This document shows positions 25,498 to 38,099 of a DNA stretch of 64,000 bases, piece after piece (the first letter of the stretch is position 1; each line of letters begins with the position of its first letter). Position numbers and translations under genes: made by a program. This stretch comes from Malacoraja senta (lineage: Eukaryota): NCBI GenBank assembly GCA_038087875.1, contig CM075978.1, forward strand, positions 140,492,001 through 140,556,000, given 5' to 3'. A model generated the notes under the pieces. That model worked only from the letters and a program-made list of their open reading frames with translations. It did no database searches and was not told the origin of the DNA.

Positions 25498-26506
25498 CAC
25501 CACCCACCTCTCCCCAACTGTAAACTACATTTGAAGGTCTACTCCCAATATCCCTGAGAGCCTACCTGCAGCTGGTTGTACTATGTTACAGCACCAGTAC
25601 CCCCGGTTAAATCCTGGCTTTCGGTGCTGTCTATGTAATCTGTATCTGCACATGGAGAGGTGTGATTTCTTCGAGGTACGCCAGTTTTATCTCGAATCTC
25701 AAAGATATGCAGCTTGGTAGGTTAAATATCCACTGAAAACCATATGGAGTATCTTGAGTCAAGTGTTTTATTGTCATATTTCCCAAAATGGAACAATGAA
25801 ATTCTTACTAAAATCAGAAGGATATTGATGGGAATGTGGGGGGGATGAAATGGGATTGGTTATCACTGAAAGTAGGTATTTTATAGTCATTGCAAACTGT
25901 TTGCCGAAAGGCCTGCTTCAGAACAGGGTGATGCTATGAATGTGACATAAGGGTATCTATCTGGGCTTTTCAAAGAACAACAGGTGGAATAAAACTGGTA
26001 CTCATCTTAGAACAATTAAAGCTTTACAAGTTTGTCACAGGAAAACTACATTGGACAAAAAAGTTAACCGGTCTCTATGAGCACAGGCATGGTTAAAAGC
26101 AACTCTAATCGTCACCTCAAAGTTCTGTACAGTACAAAGGTTGCTCTGAAGCGATGACTGCTACGTTTGCATAAGACTTAGGATCCAGCAAAATTAAACC
26201 ATCTAAGAGCACCGAACTGGAAAAAATGAAACTACAGCTCCAGACTTGCAATCTAATGGTATTTTCACTATTCCCTGTACAATGCAAAAGAATGCATTAC
26301 TCAGACGTTTCCCTTGAATTTGCATGCACGCTTATTCAAGATCATTTAAAAAAAGATAAACTATGTGCAGGAAAAATGTAATCATCATTTTTTTAATCTA
26401 ATTACTTACTGTGACGAAAGCCTTCAATAGCATGATTGAACACAAACCATACGTTGGCTTTGACATAAAAATATCTTAAGACCAATATTAATGATTGGGA
26501 AACAAC

Positions 26507-27000
26507 AGGTAGACACAAAATGCTGGAGTAACTCAGCAGGACAGGCAGCATCTCTGGAGAGAAGGAATGGGTTTTGGGGCGAGACCCTTCTTCAGACTGA
26601 TGTCAGGGGAGTGGGCGGGCAGAGATAGAATATAGTCAGAGACAGTAAGACTGGTGGGAGAACTGGGAAGGGGGAGGGCATGGAGAGAGTGGGAAAGCAA
26701 GGGCTATTTGGAGTTAGAGAAGTCAATGTTCATAACGTTGGGGTGTAAGCTACCCAAGCGAAATATGAGGTGCTGTTCCTCCAATTTGCTCTGGGCTTCA
26801 ATCTGACAATGGAGGAGGCCGAAGACAGAAAGGTCAGATTAGGAATGGTTTGGGGAGTTAAAGTGCTGAGCAACCGGGAGATCAGGTAGGTTAAGGCGGA
26901 CTGAGCAGAGGTGTTCAGTGAAACGATCGCCGAGCCTGCGCTTGGTCTCGCCAATATACAGGAGATGACACCGGGAACAGCGGATACAGTAGATGAGCTT
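26507..27000 (-). mobile_element. Penelope-like element fragment with GIY-YIG endonuclease
   Basis: LIYCIRCSRC.LLYIGETKRRLGDRF.EH, plus terminal repeat. Confidence 0.9.
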
Positions 27001-28893
27001 CTGGCCGGGATTCTGTGGGCACAATTGCCTTATTCACATGCCGCTGCTCATGTGTGAGCTGTAACAGTCAATGATTACAGGCGATATAACTATCAAGGGG
27101 ATTACAAGCAGACATTATCTTCTCACCAAATGGCTTACACATGCAGTTACTGCCAGGTTCAGTGGGGAGCCATCAAGAGATGCCCAAGCCACTATTTTTC
27201 CTCCCCAAATACAAATGGCAACCAGAGCATTTTGACACCACTCAGTCATTCGGTTCAAATTGTTTCTACTTAATGTGGATGGCAACATAATAATTACTTG
27301 TGTATCAGATTCTAGCAACGGATGAAGGAAAATGGAAACAGCAACAAGCTTTTGTTTAAGGCTATAACATGTTTAATTTCATATATCTTAAGGTAGACAC
27401 AAAATGCTGGAGTAACTCAGCGGGACAGGAAGCATCTCTGGAGAGAAGGAATGGGTGACGTTTCGGGTCGAGACCATTCTTCAGATATCTTAAACTGGCT
27501 TAATTCTTTGAGATATTTTTGAACCGAGGGAACACTGCAATAGTTAGATTAGTACAAGTCGTTGAGAAAACAATCTTCATTCATGACATGTGGTAAAAAG
27601 GACAACTGATCAATCTCACAGTGAGAGGAGACAACAGGCATCTGACGTTGGAATTGTGAGCAAAAATTAAAATGTTCAAGATACTCAGTGAGTCAGGCAG
27701 CACCTGTGGGGGGAAATGGACAGATGTTTTGGGTTGGGACCCTTCTTCAGACTGGGTCTAAAAATGGAAAGCCTGATTTAAGTAAATTGGGGTATAATAT
27801 TTTTTGCTGGTCAGTGAACAACTGAAGGACATACATTTAAGTTGTTTTTTCACAAAACACGATAGATCTCAGCTTCCATTCACCTGCTGCAACACAAGCT
27901 TGGATGGGTCAGACTCCATAAATAGCTTCCAGAAATGGAGAAGCATGCGGAACAGGATGAGGAATTCGACTCCGTTCATTCTTTCAGTCAAGACAGGTGC
28001 TTTGGGCTGCTTGGTTGTCTTCCAAGATGCAAGATTTAATTAGAATTAACAAGTTCTGAAACGTTCCATGATTGCATCGAGGTAAACAGACCATCTTACT
28101 CGTCACATCGTCCTATTTGCACAGAACAATGAAATGCAACCATCCTATCAATGCTTGGTTTTAAACATGCTGTATATTGTATCACATTTAAAACTGAAAT
28201 GTACGTGATAACGTGTAATTTCATAGAACCAGGTCAGGTGACAGTATATAAGAAAACTTTGAACAACTCAAAAGTAAGAAGAAGATCAGTGTTTATGAGT
28301 TGATTGAATTTATAACACGGTACATACCAAACAGCTCCTGGATGGATAGTTGTCATTGTTAAGAGTAGTTTATCTGCTGCATTTTGACAAAAAAGCTCTT
28401 GTTACCTTATCCCAACCACAATATTAACTTAATTTAAAGCCAATGTGCCTGGCAACAATTCGAAACAATGTTGCACAGAAGTATCCTAACTAACTGTATT
28501 TTAGGACACAGAAGTATCCTAACTAACTAACTGTTGAAAGCCTTCGATAAATACAAAATATCCCAGAGAAAGGGCATATCATACAGTGCCCTCCATAATG
28601 TTTGGGACAAAGACACATCATTTATTTATTTGCTTCTGTACTCCACAATTTGAGATTTGTAATAGAAAAAATCACATGTGGTTAAAGTGCACATTGGCTG
28701 ATTTTATTATAGGGGATTTTTATACATTTTGGTTTCACCATGTAGAAATTACAGCAGTGTGTTTATACATAAGTGCCCTCATTTCAGGGCACGATAATGT
28801 TTGGGACACATGGCTTCACAGGTGTTTGTAATTGCTCAGGTGTGTTTAATTGCCTCCTTCATGCAGGTATAAGAGAGCTCTCGGCATCTAGTC

Positions 28894-29445
28894 CAGGGGT
28901 CGGCAAACTACGGCCCACGGGCCGGATGCGGCCCATAACCCAATATCACCCGGCCTGCTGGTGTATTATTTTTAGTCCGATGCGGTACTGCCGTCGCTGG
29001 AAGACGTCATTGTTGAGGGTGGGGGAGTCCCAGCTGTGATGTGTTTCCCGCAGGTAGATCTGTGGGCAGGAGGGTGCCTCGGGCAGGCTGTCCCGGGACA
29101 AGGAGCCTGTGCTGCAGTTGATGGCCTCGTTGGAGTTGAGCGTGCTGTCTGGGCTCTCGTTGTCCCCATCAGACAGCTCGGCCTCCGCTTTGCCATTGCG
29201 ACTGACCTCTCCAAGGGGGTCCAGGCGGGGGGGCAGGTGGGGCGAGGTGGGGATCTGGTGGACAGGGACGGGGAAGGGAGGCATGGGGGGTTGGGTCTCT
29301 GCCTCGTAGCCCAGGCCAGCTGCCGGCCCAGCGAGCCACGCTCAGACTGGTCGCTCATGTCCACCGAGCTGTCACTGGGTGGCTCGATGGTGAGCAGTGG
29401 CAGGTGGGCGGTGCGACGCCGGCATAACAAGCTTTCAGACCCCTG
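28894..29445. mobile_element. Pack-type hAT-Charlie non-autonomous element carrying a host gene fragment
   Basis: TIRs CAGGGGTCGGCAAACT and CAGGGGTCTGAAAGCT (reverse complement), 13/16 identical. 8-bp TSD atctagtc / acctaatc. Removing it restores the Tc1 5' UTR seen in the full-length copy. Confidence 0.88.
28974..29423 (-). pseudogene. IQSEC2: Captured coding fragment of an IQSEC/BRAG ARF-GEF gene (IQSEC2-like), region just upstream of the Sec7 domain
   Basis: [25 protein letters not shown], then a frameshift near 29315, then [30 protein letters not shown]...[28 protein letters not shown]. These match recalled IQSEC1/2 motifs ([50 protein letters not shown]). The family call is firm; the paralog call is less so. 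Confidence 0.85.
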
Positions 29446-30510
29446 ACCTAATCTTTCCTCCAGTCTTTCCATCACCTTTGGAAACTTTTATTGGTGTTTA
29501 TCAACAAAGATGTGCCAATGAAGTCAAAGAAGCCATTATGAGACTGAGAAACAAGAATAAAACTTTTAAAGAGCTCGAAAGGCAGAGTGTAGACATGAGA
29601 TAAACCATGATTTAAAGTAAAATAAGAATCAGTGAAGGAGGGCTGCAATGGAAAAAATGCTCTGTGCCTCCCTTATCAGTGTAGTTATTTCCTTACACAA
29701 GGAACGGAACATTGACTGAACTGGTGAGGCACAGTGACCAAACACAAGATCCTGAACTATGCGCTGTGCAAACTGGCTTGGAACATAGACAGCTGAACCT
29801 ATACACAACCAACAGCTGTTTTATGCCCATGAACTGTAAATTTACAGTGCACAAACATTTACAGCCTTCAGACAACAGGCCCATTTCATGCTGAATTTAC
29901 GGTAATTTTAAACATACAAACTAACAGAAACACTGATTTTGAACCAAACAGTAAAATTACTAAAGATGGACTGCAACACTATAAAAAATAATGTCATAAC
30001 TGCTTGTATCCAAGTGTCAGCATTAAGTAGTCTGAGATGCCAGTATCATACACTTCCTGCTCAGCATCAGTAGTAGCTTCATCTTCAACATCACAATAAA
30101 CTGAGACGGTATGAATATAACATTATCCATGAAAACCAGCCAACATAAAATTAAAGGGAGCTTTGTGCTGCAAGATTCCACTCACGAGAAACCGTACCCA
30201 AGCCTTTTGCTATAAGAGAGAAAATAGTCTTTGCCATCAAATTCAATTGTCTTTGAGCACAAATCTCAAAAATAGATCAATGTATATAATGTTTCAGTGA
30301 CCTTTAGGATTTTTTCAACACAGATTTTCAATCAGACTTTCTCAGCCAAATAACAAAACCTTTGATCAAATACTCCATGAACTTTGACAAGCACCAACAC
30401 CCATCAAGCAATTTATTAGCTTATGAAGCACACTACTGCAGCCACCATATATAAAAAGCCATGCAGTTTACTGGAAGGCTTCAAGTTTGGAAGTCTCTAA
30501 AAGAAACAAT

Positions 30511-30947
30511 GGCCTGGTGGGAGACCGCTTTTCAGAGCTCCCGCAACGGCAACTTCTCCCGCCCAAATTGCGGGGTTGAAAACGACCTGGAGCGGGGCCT
30601 TACATCGCCCAGCGCGGCTTAAACGGCCGCGGGACTTGCCATCGCCCACCGGGGGGTCCAACATCAAGACCCGGCGCAGGGCCTTACATCGCCCGGCGCG
30701 GCCTTAACGGCCGCGGGACTTGCCATCGCCCGCCGGGGCTTTAACATCGGGAGAAGAATGGAAAACAGGGGAGAATACAACGACTTTGCCTTCCATCAGT
30801 GAGGAGATTCACCGTGATGGATGTTTGTGTAAATTGTGTTAATTGTGTGTCTTGTTTTTTTTTTCCTTTCTTGTTGTATGACTGCAGAAACCAAATTTCG
30901 TTTGAACTTCATTTGAGGTTCAAATGACAATAAACGGTATTGTATTG
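30511..30947 (+). mobile_element. 5'-truncated copy of the GC-rich non-autonomous retroelement at 49221-50070
   Basis: Shares ggtgggagaccgctttt..gctcccgcaacggca and the tail aaatttcgtttgaac..ttcaaatgacaataaa. Internal duplication of about 80 bp. Confidence 0.65.
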
Positions 30948-31781
30948 TTAAAGTTAGCAAATTCACCTGCAGGGCACATGGATCGTAGAGCGAAAACAAA
31001 GCAGGGATGAATGGTAACTTGCATGTTACCAGTGGCAATGAATATATACAGACAGGAGAGGATATATTAGACAGCACAATTTTTGACAAGTTAGAGATGA
31101 AAAAGTCTAAGCCAGTAAAGACACTGCTCAAACAATCAAATCAGAGATTGTGAAGGGATGGATAAAGATCTCAAGATTGAGGAAGGGAGGAGCAGGAAAT
31201 TGGACGAAGCTCATTTTGGGTTGAACATGATTTATAACGCTATAAACTGACTAATTTTCCCTGAGAATGTAGATTGGAAAGTGCTTGAAATCAGGGCAAC
31301 GCAGTCCACGGCAGACACCAAATTTGTTTTGAGTCATCTCAATAATGAGTCAGAGGAACTAAGATGGATCTTTCAGAATAATTACATGTTTACCTTGTAT
31401 TTGGAATAAATGCAGGCCAGATGGAATTTAAAATGTCTCCATTAATTCTGCAACACAAGTACGAAGTAATTCTTAACTGCAACAAAGCTTCAAGGCTAAG
31501 ACCACAGGACTAACGAATCTGCCAAGTTGAGTATAGGGTGCACCTTGAACCACCATTTGGATTTTGAATATACATGAACAATAATAGATGTCATTTCTAA
31601 GCATGCAAAGACTTAAGCAACCTCATACTCATGTAAAGTGTAAGCTTGGCTATTAACGTGCAGCATTCATGGCCATGTTTGTAGAGTTTCATTACAATCT
31701 TAAAAAAATGATTGAAACCAAAACAAATAATATTACAGTTCTTTATGCAATTATTTAGACTTTATTAGACCATAAGTCATA

Positions 31782-33427
31782 CAGTGCCCTCCATAATGTT
31801 TGGGACAAAGACCCATCATTTATTTATTTGCCTCTGTACTACACAATTTGAGATTTGTAATAGAAAAAAATCACATGGTTTAAATGCACATTGTCAGATT
31901 TTAATAAAGGCCATTTTTATACACTTTGGTTTCACCATGTAGAAATTGCAGCAGTGTTTATACATAGTTCCCCCCCCATTTCAGGGCTCCATAATGTTTG
32001 GGACACAGCAATGTCTTGTAAATGAAAGTAGTCATATTTAGTATTTTGTTGCATATCCTTTGCATGCAATGACTGCTTGAAGTCTGCGATTCATGGACAT
32101 CAGCAGTTGCTTGGTGTCTTCTCTGGTGATGCCTCTGCCAAGCCTGTATTGCAACCATCTTTAGCTTATGCTTGTTTTGGGGGCTAGTCTCCTTCAGTTT
32201 TCTCTTCAGCATATAAAAGGCATGCTCAATTGGGTTCAGATCGGATGATTGACGTGGCCACTCAAGAATTTACCACTTTTTCGTTTTGAAAAACTCCTCC
32301 GTTGCTTTAGCAGTATGTTTGGGATCATTGTCTTGCTGTAGAATGAACTGCCGGCCAATGAGTTTTGAGGCATCTGTTTGAACTTGAGCAGATAAGATGT
32401 GTCTATACACGTCAGAATTCATTATGCTACTACCATCAGCAGCTGTATCATCAATGAAGATAAGTGAGCCAGTACCTTCAGCAGCCATACATGCCCAGCC
32501 AACCCCCACCACCGTGTTTCACAGATGGGGTGGTATGCTTTGGAACTTGGGCAGTTCCTTCCCTCCTCCATACTTTGCTCTTGCCGTCACTCTGATATAA
32601 GTTAATCTTCGTCTCATCTGTCCACAAGATAATTTTCCAGAACTGTGGTTGCTCTTTTAAGTACTTCTTGGCAAATTGTAACCTGGTCATCCTATTTTTA
32701 TGGCTAACCAGTGGTTTGCATCTTGCAGTGTAGCCTCTGTATTTCTGTTCATGAAGTCTTCTGCGGACAGTGGTCATTGACAAATCCACACCTGACTCTT
32801 GAAGAGTGTTTCTGATCTGTCGGACAGGTGTTTGGGGATTTTTCTTTATTATTGAGAGAATTCTTCTGTCATCAGCTGTGGAGGTCTTCCTTGGCCTGCC
32901 AGTCCCTTTGCGATTAGTAAGCTCACCAGTGCTCTCTTTCTTCTTAATGATGTTCCAAACAATTGATTTTGGTAAGCCTAAAGTTTGGCTGGTGTCTCTA
33001 ACAGTTTTATTCTTGTTTTTCAGTCTCATAATGGTTTCCTTGACTTTCATTGGCACAACTCTGGTCCTCATGTTGATAAACACCAATAAAATGTTTCAAA
33101 GGTGATGGAAAGACTGAAGGAGACTGGGTGCTGAGAGCTCTCTTATACCTGCATTAAGGAGGCATTTAAACACACCTGAGCAATTACAAACACCTGTGAA
33201 GCCATGTGTCCCAAACATTATGGTGCTCTGAAATGGGGGGACTATGTATAAACACAGCTGTCATTTCTACATGGTGAAACCAAAATGTATAAAAATTGCC
33301 TTTAAATAAATCTGACAATGTGCACTTTAACTACGTGATTTTTTTCTATTACAACTCTCAAATTGTGGAGTACAGAGGCAAATAAATAAATGATGGGTCT
33401 TTGTCCCAAACATTATGGAGGGCACAG
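31782..33427 (-). mobile_element. Full-length Tc1 transposon, IR/DR type (1646 bp)
   Basis: TA TSD. TIRs of about 220 bp starting CAGTGCCCTCCATAATGTTTGGGACA, with an inner direct repeat ctccataatgtttgggaca at about 31988. Confidence 0.95.
32038..33071 (-). pseudogene. Tc1 DD34E transposase, inactivated
   Basis: GRPRK, WTDETK, KHGGG, QQDNDPKH and SDLNPIE motifs (34 residues between the second D and E), ending KGYATKY*. Frameshift near 32510, in-frame stop at 32270, second frameshift near 32130. Confidence 0.92.
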
Positions 33428-34976
33428 TAGGAGCTGAATTGGGCCATTCAGCCCATCTAATCTGCTCTGCCATTCGATCATGGCTTGTATATTTCTCCCA
33501 TAACCTTCGACACCCTTACCAATCAATTATTGCTGTATGTGATTTCATTAAAGATGAAAATACACAATACTGCCATCTGAGCAGATACAAAAGCAGCAAA
33601 TGGAAAGAGCAAGTTATGTCATGTAACCATTTGGGGCAATCGATTAACCATTTTCTTGTTTTCTGCTGTATTCATTGACTAACATTTATGCCACCCTTAA
33701 ATAAAACCTGCAATAAACCTATAGCTTTGTCAACAATCCTTATCAATGGTGTTTCTGAAACTAATACAAATGGCTGTATACTTAAATGGATAATTTACTG
33801 TAAACTATCAATTCCAAGTTATAAATTTAATCAACATTAAATATTATCCCAATCCAATGAAACATAGGAAGATATTTGTGTAAGTACATATCAACAGAAC
33901 ATCAAATAAATAGGAAGATAATTAGCACGTGATTTTTTCCCCCAATCCTGATCATTATATATCAACAAAAACTGGGAAGAGCTATTACCAAAGAAGTGAA
34001 CTCATTGCTCCTTGTTATTAATTCATGATGGAAGAACCAGAAAATACTAATGACAAACCTTCAAATTAAACACCAATGTCCAATATAAATACATCATGAA
34101 GTAATTAATGATCTGCAAAATACTTTGAAATATCCAAAGCATGATATGAACAATATAAATGCAGATTATTTCTTGGCTCTGCATGTGCTATGTAATAGTG
34201 ATGAAAAGAAGCAGAGCTCCTGGAGAGCACAGGAATTCCCATGTGCCCAAAAACCTGGTCTGATTCCTTGTTTCCTCAGTTAGTGAGCTAAATGATGTCA
34301 ACACAAGATACAACAGATTGTGCAAAATTCAGAAAGGTATTCATATTCGTTTCTCAAACAAAACAAAAAGCATGTATTTTTTAAAGTCAGTATTTATCAC
34401 TTAATTAAATCAGAGATGTGCAGCCCATGCCACTGCCTCACACCTCCAGTGACCTGGGTTCAATCTTGGTCTTGGGTGCTGTCTGGGCAGTTTGAACATT
34501 CTCTCCATGAACATCTGGATTTCTTCAAGATACTCCAATTTCGCCCCATGTCAAAACAACTTTCCAGTTGATGGAATGGCAGCAACAAATGATCCTAAAA
34601 TGCAGCTTCATTGAAAACTGAAAACAATTGGGGGGGGGGGGGTTAAGAATGGCAGGCGTATATGTTTCAGGGGTGCAGGAAAACAAGGAGAGCAAGAATG
34701 GCATTGATGAGACTGCTCACGTTAGCTGGTATGGGCCTGATGTGCAAAAAGGCCTCTTTCTGTGCTGTTGTACATACATGTAGTCCCACGTCAAAAGGTT
34801 GTTAAAAACACTACATTTTATAATTGTGGATAGCAATCCAGGGTGCCATTAAGACTATAAACAAAACCTCTCAAATCCATAATCACTACCTTGAATGGCA
34901 AGGACAATAAATGTGTGCAAATATTATCCCCTCCAAAACCACACACACCAACAGGATGTGAAAATTCCAGACTGAC

Positions 34977-35130
34977 AAGTTACTCATATATAATTTGATT
35001 CTAATCAAGTTATCCATGTATTGTTTGATTGTAATCATGTTATCCATGTATGCTTTGAATGTAATTATGTTATGCGTGTATTGTCTGAATGTAATCATGT
35101 TACCCATGTCTGGTTTGATTGTAATCAAGG
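34977..35130. repeat. 30-bp minisatellite, about 5 copies
   Basis: Unit approximately a(a/t)gttatccatgtattgtttgattgtaatc. Confidence 0.9.
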
Positions 35131-36589
35131 ATGTATGTAATGATACACTAATACCAATGCCTTCAAACACTGTTATTGCATTTAAATCTTACAATTCAGA
35201 ATTGAACAGATTATGGGAATGTATTCATCATTGAATCTCAACAAAAGAAAAATCACATGGACGATTAGGCTTTAAAATCCTCTCCAACGCCTCTTGCAAA
35301 ACTAGTTTACCCATCTTCCACAAGTCTAGCCCTTTGCCAAGCTGTAATTAATGCAACCAAGAGGTAAATCACATCATCCCAACCTAATTATCAGAATGCA
35401 ATGCCCACACCAATACAAGGTGGTAGCAGATATGGTTTATAGTTGTGTGGACATCTGGTTTGGATTGCAGCTGGAATTCTACTGTCAGTTGTCAGCTCCA
35501 AATCTTGAGAATGTATTGGTCTTGGAGAGCTTTGAATGGACTTGCAGAGAAAGTGAGTGTTCACATTTGAGATGGTACGACATAAACCAAATCCTTAAAT
35601 ATATAGATTGCGATCCAATTAGAGTTTAGGATGACCTTATAGTGAAAAAAAAATGTCATGGGCTCGTGAGAAACTTTCTTATTGTAATTTTTGACACAAC
35701 CTGATCTGAAAGTAAGTGTATTAAGGAAAATATCCTTATGGATATTCCATGAGGAATGCATGATGACATGGCAAGTAGAGCTGCTGCCCAGTATCGCCAG
35801 AGACCCAGATTCATTCGTGACCTCGGGTATTGTCCTTGCCGAGATTGCACGATCTTCCTGAGTGTGTGGGCTTCTTTTAAAGACAAGCGAGTTAATAGAT
35901 TAATTAGCCACTGTTAATTAACAAATAAAAACAGGATTCACGTAGGATTAATATAAATGGGTGATTGATGATCTGTTCGGATTTAGGCAGTGGGCCTATT
36001 CCCACACTGTATCTCACTACACTATCATCAATTGTTTCTCAGCAAGCGAGAATGTCTGCAACATTACAGACTTCTGCGAAATATTTGACAATATTCCAAT
36101 TTGAATTGTTAATGGTTGCCTTGACATCTGCACAATTTAATTCAGTCCTGCAAAAATGTAATCAACAGTACATTTGTCAAAGCCTAATCAAAAATCTGAA
36201 ATCTCAGGAGACGATTATATTTCAAATCCGAAGTTTCTTTTTGTCTACTCTTTGCAGTGCACACGGGTTTCTGCTCAAAGGTTCCACATAAGGAAAGGAC
36301 GGTTCAACCATAAGTGCACAAGTTTTTGCCAGACATACATGACATCGATGCGATTAAATAAATGCAGAAAAGCCAACTCAATTTACATTTGCTTCACTCC
36401 AGCAGTGACAAGTTCACCTGACTGTCATGCCCTTAGAGTGTGCGCACCTTACTCAAGATTTAAGGAGCCTTCGTCCTATTTCCCTGCGAAGAATTTGTCC
36501 CAACCCAAAAAACAATCCAACAGCATGTCTTTTGGACAAGACCGACGACTTCTGCTTTCAACTTCAATGAGAACTGTACACCCAGTAAC

Positions 36590-37640
36590 TCCCCGCCCCT
36601 TCCTTGCAGTGTTGCAACAAGCTCAGTGAAGGCAGGTTATTGCGGGGAGAGGGGGGTGGGAAAAGGAGAAAAGGCAATCAACTTCCTCCAACTATCCTTG
36701 AAAATGACTTATTCAGTGCCAACATGCGAGCGTCAGTTAACTTTCTAACCTTTGCAAGCATGCAGCAAGCGCTCGCACACAATAAAAAAAAATGTGCGCA
36801 AAGGAGCAGCAGCACCGTTGCCTGTGGTTGCAACCGCTCCTTGGCCAAGCCCCCCCCCCCCCCCCCCCGGCTCCGCAGCGCGGCGCTCAGCCCCGGGATG
36901 CCTGGTGCCAATGTCAAGGGAGGTTTGACAGGCTTGCACCCCAGCCAGGTAAGTGCACCACCTACCTAATCGCCCAGTGCAGCTGTAAACCACAAAGTGC
37001 ATGCCAGGCCTCTCCCCGCTGCTGCATACCGACGCCTTGGAGGGAGAAAAAAAATCCAACCCCACAAAAAGTCATCTTTTTACCATCATCCAAAAATAGC
37101 CCAGAATTCTCACCTGCCTCTTGCAATCGCATGCAATCCCTTTGCCCCGCTTCTGGATGCAACGAAAAGGCGACAAGAGCCAAACTGGGAGCTGATAGTT
37201 TATTTCTTCGTGGTGCAAATGAGTTAATTTGTTGCAAAAAGTTTCCCCTTCGGTGACTCCCCTGTCTCAGCCGCGACACTTTAGCCTTTTACAGTAGGGC
37301 GCGTTGCATCCTGTAAACAGATAACATTGCGCGGCCATGTTCAGGAGAATGTAGTGCCCCGTCGCAAAGTTTGCCTGGCGGTTGCCTGGTTCACGCCTGG
37401 TGTTCGCTATTCCGTTTTTAAGTTTCTGCCAACTGAGCAGAAAAGCTCCTGGGGGACTTGACTCGCTGATAGTGAACATCGCGAAAACGGAGGAAAAAAC
37501 CCTCCGCCGGGATCAGGACTTCGCTTGCAAAGCAGGAAGTAAGGTGGCCAGGCTTGCCTCGTCTCAACACATTGCAGTGCTGCCCAGAGACACTCATCCC
37601 TCCGGTCCTGGGCGCAAAACCCACTCATCATTAACTAATC
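36590..37640. promoter_or_regulatory. CpG-rich promoter region of an unidentified host gene (main direction probably minus)
   Basis: Non-repeat CpG-rich island. YY1-like GCGGCCATGTT (37331-37341) next to a ZNF143/SBS-associated ACTACA-type motif (37344-37355, minus). GC box ccccgcccc near 36591, ETS-like caggaagt near 37533, C19 run at 36850-36868. Confidence 0.65.
37114..37345 (-). other. Candidate first exon (probably non-coding)
   Basis: Begins near the YY1 motif and ends at the donor GAGGCAG|GTGAGA. The start is approximate. Confidence 0.45.
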
Positions 37641-38099
37641 TAGTTAAATCTGCATGTGTACCGTTTAATATCAAGGAATTATTTTATGGTGTGCATGTAT
37701 CTCCAGCAAAGTCTGCATTTATTGTCAATCCCTAATTGTCCTTTTGAAATATTTCAGTCATTTCATAGTCACCCTCACTCTAGATTTATTTCCCAATTAT
37801 GTAAAGTGTCATTCACTGTTTCTGAGACCTATGCATTAGCATGCAATCTCACACATTCCTACACATACCTTCGGAAGCATGAAATGCCAGACCTTAAAGG
37901 AAACATTGATTTCTGGGCTCGCAGTAGAATTTAAATTTATTTAGGTTTACAAACAATTTGTGGATGACCCCAGGTCAACCCCACCTCGATTTAGGAAGTG
38001 GCCAGCTATGTTATTCAGCAGGAAAGCATGGGGACCAGGAAGAGCAAATCAGCCAGGATAGGCATGACCTTGAACATGTTGACCAATACACTGAGTGAT

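Larger units (their letters stand above)
28584..29566 (+). mobile_element. Truncated Tc1 copy (left TIR to transposase N-terminus), same family as 31782-33427
   Basis: TA|CAGTGCCCTCCATAATGTTTGGGACA TIR and VKEAIMRLRNKNKT. Interrupted by the hAT at 28894-29445. Confidence 0.9.

Noticed and set aside
25551-25570. tccctgagagcctac resembling the 5' end of miR-125
   Set aside because: It diverges after 9 nt and no precursor hairpin is evident.
27860-28115. Minus-strand small ORF MNGVEFLILF... and a 13-nt microexon-like segment (atag|GACGATGTGACGA|gtaaga)
   Set aside because: No recognisable family, and such signals arise by chance.
29994-30100. Acidic minus-strand frame YCDVEDEATTDAEQEVYD after an AG
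   Set aside because: No convincing donor site or homology.
36174-37735. Several 100-150 aa ORFs across the CpG island
   Set aside because: No domain-like composition; explained by the GC-rich promoter.
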